A stretch of 64,000 nucleotides of DNA from the human T2T-CHM13v2.0 reference genome, Homo sapiens: the NCBI RefSeq assembly GCF_009914755.1, contig NC_060926.1. One strand, 5' to 3'. Of this stretch, positions 58,073 to 64,000 are shown one piece after another (the stretch's first letter is position 1; the number at the start of each line of letters is the position of its first letter). The position numbers were made by a program, and so were the translations under genes. The notes beneath the pieces are model-generated. The model ran no database searches. It was not told the origin of the DNA and saw only the letters and a list, made by a program, of their open reading frames with translations.

Positions 58073-58246
58073 TGTTAAATCAAGACTGTGATGTTGTTAA
58101 GCTTCTGTATAAATTCTAGTTGAGAAATACCTTTGTGGTAACTTTTAAAATTACAATTGTTTCAAGGAAAACAACTAATTTAGGCTTATTTACTATTTCA
58201 AAATAATAACTTCTTATTTGCTTAGCATTTTATCGTTAAAAAAAAT

Positions 58247-58375
58247 TTTTTTTAAATACAGACAGGACCTCTCTATGTTGCCCAGGCTGATATTGAACTC
58301 CTGGGCTCAAGTGATCCTCCTGCCTTGGGCTCCCACAATGCTGGGATTATAGGCATGAAACACCATACCTGGCCT
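58247..58375 (-). mobile_element. FLAM_C or Alu left monomer
   Basis: ctatgttgcccaggctg..gaactcctgggctcaagtgatcctcctgcc...cctggcc; single monomer. Confidence 0.85.
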
Positions 58376-58904
58376 TTTCTTTTTATTTTCTTTTAGCCTT
58401 TTATCTTTTGCACAATCCTTTCATATGTTTCATCTCATTTTCTCCTCATAGATTTGTGGTGAAATTATCTTTTTTCCTGTTCTGCTATCAAGGGCACTGT
58501 TGTGCAGGACAAGGCTATAGGATTCAAACAAGCCACACTGATTCACATTCTGAATGAAAAACCCAGTGCTCTTTTGCTATCCTATCCTACAGCAGTGACA
58601 TTCTTGTTAAGGACACTATATGAAAAGAAATTTAAAAATAAACAAAAACAAATCATTGTGTACCTCTGGGGATGTGACCCCAGAAGATAGGTGTCATATG
58701 CTCTAAGAATGGAGGAAGCAGGAGAGACACAGGTTGGGTATGGGAGGTGAGGAGCAAGCATGGGGAGTAAGAGGTGGAAAAAATAATGACATTACTAAAG
58801 CCATCGGGGGAAGCACAGGCAGATTCCTAAACTGAATGTGACTGCTTTCCTGTGAAAATCATTCCTTCTCCCCTAAGCAGGGTAAGACCCTTACGAAAAC
58901 ACAA

Positions 58905-59360
58905 AATGGATAAATCTGCTGAATTCAACTAGAAAAACAGAAACCACACTTATTTCTTCAAACAAAGAATGTGATACAAGGAATCTGTTGCACAGGTGAT
59001 GGAAAAACTGAGAAGAATCCAGGGGAAATTCTTCCCCAGAGAAGCAACCACAGGAAACTATTACACTTTTAAGTAGGTGGCAGGAGGAGGTAGTATTGTC
59101 AGATCCCAGGGCTGATTTCATGGTAGGCCTGTCCAGCAAGAGAGGGAGCCGCTGGGGAGACAGCTGCAGGGGATGGTGCCTAAGGCAGAAAGAGATGGGG
59201 AGATATATTGGTTTCTCCTACCCTCCAATCACCTGACAGTGCTCCCTGTTAGCCTAGCCCAGTAGGAAGCCAGCTGACACATGGGTCTGGAAAACAGCCT
59301 GTAGAAGCCAGCTTAGATAAGGACAGAGAAGGGCAGGGGAGGAGTATTTTCCAAGACTAG
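58905..59360 (-). mobile_element. ERVL LTR (LTR33/LTR50-like)
   Basis: gaaaaacagaaaccaca...ccctccaatcacctgacagtgctccc..ggaagccagctgac. Confidence 0.6.
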
Positions 59361-62300
59361 CAGGCTAGTCATCACACGTCCCGCGGAGGAATGCCAATGG
59401 AGGAACACCATGGATTGGTTCAAGTGATCAAGTAAATATTCCAGGAACTTAATCATGTTTTCTTTCAAAATAAGATGTTTTAAGTCTATCTTGGACCAAA
59501 CAATTAAATAACTAAAATTAAAATCAAACTCAGAAGAGAAAGAGTATTTAACAAATGAAGCATGGTACCTTTTTGTATAAATATCCAGGCCTTTTAGGGT
59601 TAAGTGATTACCACAGAGAGAAAAGTTTTTTTAAAATAGAAAATGGAAAGAAAACAGCTCTAATAGGGGGGATTTTGTCACACCTGTTTTGCACACAGTA
59701 GGCTCCACAGTCAAAATAGACGCAAATTCTTGCTGAGCTTTTGACGACATGAAAATAAAGGCATTCATCACCTTTCCTCTCAAAATTGCAGACTGTAGCA
59801 GAACACCATTTTTAAAAGGCTAGTCTAATTTCCTTTCTGGGGGAAAAAAATGAGAAAGGAAACTAAAGAGACAAAAATATATAATTGCAGACTCTCCCTC
59901 TTAACTGGATCACTGTGTACCCAAAATATGTGTAATTTAATTTTAAGAAATATATTGAAATTGCAGAATCACTAGTAATTCAGTGACCTCAGAAATCCTG
60001 GAACACAAAAGCCAACTATTAATGGCTATTTCAACTGAGTAATGGTTAACATTTACAAGAGACGTAACCTGGGGTAATTGCTGGGGATATTTTGGCTTTC
60101 TTGTACATGTTCTTAATCTGTATAACTGATCAGAAAAGCCACAGAGAAGTGTAGCAGGGATGCCACATGTAACTGACTCATAAAAGGCTCCTTTAGAGAA
60201 GGAGACACTCAAAGCACAGGGAAATGTAAGCAGGCACCTTAAGTAGGAAAATGTGAAGTGTGATTTCTGGTAGCTGTCCTACTTGGGACACAAATGGCCT
60301 TTGCTGGTCAGTCCCAGCAGGCAGGGAAAGACTGAAGCACCCAATATGCAATCCCAGATCAGGGCTTTGAAGGGGGCTGGGGCTCCAGAGAGCCAGATGA
60401 AGCTGCAGCCTTAAGAGAGTTCAGTTATCATTTCTACAGGGTCAAGCAAACAAATGCCATAGTCCAAAGTGGCAGTCGCCTGGGGGCAGGGTCCTCAGAG
60501 GTGGAACAAGGGCTTGAAAGGGAATCTAGGGGCTGGTGAAACTCTTGAAATCCAGGCAGGCCAGCTTGCTTTGGGAATAAGGGGAGTGTTTGTCTGAGAG
60601 CTGCTGGCAGAAGGTGAGTAGCCAAGACAGGGGATCAGGCAAAGAAGCCCATTAGGATATAGAAACTGGGCAAGAGAGAGATTTAAGTGATGATGGGGGT
60701 GAGGGGCTTGAACTGCATCATAGAGACGTGTGTGTTTGCTTTCCTCCCAGAGGCATTTTTCTAATCCTTTAAGGCTCAAGTTCTCACTATAGGTGCAGTG
60801 CCCAGAGCTCATAAGCATTTCCCAGTCTTATCAAATTGTTTGAGAGCTGGACAAGAAAATGGCCTGGCTCTAAAACACAAAGCAAATTATAAAATGCAAT
60901 TAATAAATGTTTCAAGAGGAAAATTATATGATTTCCTTTAATTTTCATAACAAAACGTCGTGCTTTTCATGTGGGATAGGACATTTTCCAGTGTTTGATA
61001 GGATGTGTGATGAGGCCTCTGAAAGAATATCCAGGGTTTAGGTAACCCTTGAATTCGCCTTTCTTCTGCTTGGCATAGTTCAGGCAGGGGAGGTCCAATG
61101 TGTTAAGACTTCAGCAAGGTTGGGCAAAGAGTGGAAGGCAAAAGCCCAAATCACCATAGCCAGAAATATGGGGGAGGGGAGTAGAAGAGACTGGAAGGAA
61201 GGGTGTCTGGGACACTTGCAGAGGTTGGCTCGACTGAGTGCTGAGAGCTGCAGGCATAGTGCCCCTGGGAGATGGTGCAGTCTGGTTTCTAATTTTGGAA
61301 ATGGTCATACCAGGGTTTCCAATTCGGCAGGCAGGCTAGCAGTGAAAGACTGAAGTGTAGGAGAACCATCTGGAGGCCAGTGGCCATTCAGTTTTGTGTA
61401 GGGGTATAAATACAGAATTGACAAAAGCAAGACAGGGCTTAGTTTCTAAAGCAGGGAAGCAGCAGAAGGGAAGTGACGACTGAACAGGAGAATCTGGTTC
61501 TTCTGAGGCACCAGACCAGTGGAAAATCAGTGAGTCAAGGAAAACTGAGGTCCAGAGGTTCCAAGGCTCCTGGGTTTACTTAGTGTCTGATTGGCTACAA
61601 GGCAATTTCAGGAACACCACAGAAGGTCAACCAATGAGAATGGACTTCTAGATTGCTTGTCTGGGAGCAGGGCCTAATTCTATTCTATATGCATCCTCGT
61701 TGGGAGAAGGGGCACCTGAGTCTAAGTGAAACAAGGGGTGATCCAATCTGAGATTACCCTGGAGACAGGACCCCTTTGTGTGTCCAGAGAAATAGGCATG
61801 GAACTGCCATTTCTTGAGTCAGGTTCCAAGGTGACTGGGATGAAGTGGCTCCAATTTAGGAGAAGGACACAAAGACAGGAAACCACCCAGTGCGCACTGC
61901 AGGGGCAGATGTTTAAACAAACTCTTCTAGCCAGGTACAGCCCTGATAGGGAGGAGGGTGTGTCTCTCTGAGAAGACCACAGACCCTGACCTGGAGACAT
62001 GGTGATGACTGAGCAGAGATAAAAGAGGAGGAGACCGATCAGTTGCACCTCTAGAGCCAATTAGGGCTGGTGCAGAGGCTGGTGGCCTCTGGCTGAACAG
62101 AGTGGAGAGCTTTAGACTTCCCCTGGGTCTGTATCCAGGTTCCAGGGCCAACCACAACTCCTCTTTCTCTGTTACCTGAGAGCAGAGAAGGGGCAGGGCC
62201 AGGGCGCCAGCAGGAGAGAGCTTAGCTGGCCAAGCTGAAGAGAGAGGTCATTAGGGACTAGATCATGGCAGCAGCGACTGCCTGGATCCTGGCAGAATAA

Positions 62301-62816
62301 AAGAATTCCAGCAACAGTAAGTGACTTTGGAATAAGAGCCCTCAGCTGATGCCTGGAGGGATGCTGTAGGAGTTTTGGATAATCTTGTAGAAAAGATCAT
62401 TTTTATTGTTTTTCTTTTATTACACTATGAATAGAGGACCTGCAGGTAGGGTAGCCAAGACTTTTCCCAGATGATACATTCCCCAGCAGAAGTACTGCTA
62501 TTTCTAATGCGTGAGGCACTAATGATAAAGAATCTATGGATTACTAGCATTTCAAGAGCCTCAACCACGTTTTAAACCTAATTCAAATGAATATTTAACT
62601 CAATGGCTATAAGATGTGGCAGTATGCCAACCATTCAACTTATTCTTCACATTTTTCACAAGAAAAACAACAAAAATCATCTCTCCTATAGACCTGACTG
62701 ATTGATTATCCAAAGAACCAAAGCAGTAAATTTATGAATGTGTATTTAATTTGAAACAAAGAAGCATTCTGAAATATTTGACATAATGTGACTGGGAACA
62801 TAAAGGTAAGGGTGTT

Positions 62817-63092
62817 GGCCGGGCACTGTGGCTCATGCCTGTAATCTCAGCACTTTGGGAGGCCAAGGCAGGAAGATCACTTGAAGCCAGGAGTTCCAGA
62901 CCAGCCTGGGCAACATGGTGAAACCCGGTGTTTAGAAAAAATAAAATGAAAAAAAAAAAAAAATCAGCTGGACTTGATAGTGCATGCCTGCAGGAGGCTG
63001 AGATGGGAGGATCCCTTGGGCCCAAGAGGTCAAGACTGCACTGAGTTATGATTGCACCACTGCCCTCCAGCCTGGGTAACAGAGCAAGACAG
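62817..63092 (+). mobile_element. AluJ
   Basis: ctgggcaacatgg, gaggtcaagactgc; short deletion in the right arm; TSD aaagg(t)aagggtgt at 62802-62816 and 63297-63310. Confidence 0.9.
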
Positions 63093-63300
63093 AATGGAAC
63101 GGAATGGAACGGGACGGGGAAGGGACGGGGAAGGAAAAGGAAAAGGAAAGGAAAGGGAGAGAAAGAAAGAAAGAGAAAAGTAAAAGAAAGGAAAAAAGGA
63201 AAGGAAAGGAAAGAAGGAAGAAAGGAAAGAAAAGAAAAAGAAAAAAAGAAAAGAAAAGAAAGAAAGAGAAAAATAAGAAAGAAAAGAAAGTAAGAGAAAG
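63093..63300 (+). repeat. Compound purine-rich microsatellite derived from the Alu tail
   Basis: GGAAT/GGAAC, then GGGAC/GGGAA, then GGAAA, then GAAA/GAAAA units. Confidence 0.93.
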
Positions 63301-63867
63301 GAAGGGTGTCAATGAAGGACTTAAAGGACTTAAAAATGGTCCTGTTCTCAGAATTCAGGGTAGGCCCTGTTCTGAGTTTCCTGAGAATTCTCTGGGAATG
63401 ATTTTTGAGTGATAAGTACATCAAATGTATGGGTCCTTTTTTGCCATAGGCATCACTAGACAAGGCTTACAGGTGGAATTGCTTGAGTTCTGAAGTTTTT
63501 TGTATGCTTAAGAAGTCAGTATCATACAGTATAAAAGTACTATAAAACTAGGAATTCACAACAAGGTGAAAAGCCAGAGGCAGAAAAATGAAGACATGGG
63601 AAGAGAGAATGAAATTACGTGTACAATAATTTACAAGTTATTAATATTAAACAAGGGTTTGGTATTTCCTTCCAGATAAAAGGCCTAATATTTATTACAG
63701 TGAAAAATAATCAGCAAATAAGTTGTCATTTCTTTCCACATTGATTCCAGAAGCTAAATGTCATTTTAATTGTATAAGTGTTAGCTTATGGAAGTTGGGA
63801 CTGAGTTTGGTTTCCTTGAAGAAAATTTAGGAAAGAAGGGGATAATGATTAGAAAAATATGTGGGAT

Positions 63868-64000
63868 GCCAGGTATGGTGGTGCGCATCTGTAAGTCCCA
63901 GCTACTCAGGAGGCTGAGACAGGATTGTTTAAGTCCAGGAGTTTGAAACTGTAGTGAGCCATCATCATGCCTATGAATAACCACTGCACTCCAGCCTGGG
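63868..64000 (+). mobile_element. FAM (fossil Alu monomer), cut by the window end
   Basis: Retains the 7SL-like gcct(a)tgaata(a)ccactgcactcc segment that dimeric Alus lack. Confidence 0.8.

Noticed and set aside
62732-63463. 243-aa F/L/S-rich ORF and the opposite K/R/E-rich ORFs
   Set aside because: Produced by the stop-free purine microsatellite plus Alu sequence.

Overview
This is primate (most likely human or great-ape) non-coding genomic DNA, judged from AluY, AluS, AluJ, FAM and L1PA3 copies. It is AT-rich with no CpG island and consists largely of interspersed repeats: Alu, L1PA/PB/M, L2, MIR, MaLR/ERV LTRs and MER DNA transposons. I found no credible host protein-coding exon. The long ORFs in the track are L1 ORF1/ORF2 remnants, Alu-derived frames or low-complexity frames. 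The main landmark is a full-length L1PB-type element (20985-30627) that hosts a five-layer nest: L1PB > THE1C > L1PA7 > AluS > AluY. The best second-look items are: a perfect 24-bp palindrome carrying the let-7 seed/8mer (30669-30722); a cis-templated insertion that preserves the pre-Alu state of the L1 5'UTR (24481-24557); a decayed 7SK copy that now carries a consensus splice donor (11893-12201); a candidate unassigned retrocopy (10222-10803); and several ultra-short TSD-flanked insertions. Subfamily names come from remembered consensus sequences, and the boundaries of ancient repeats are approximate. I cannot support a new multi-gene system here.
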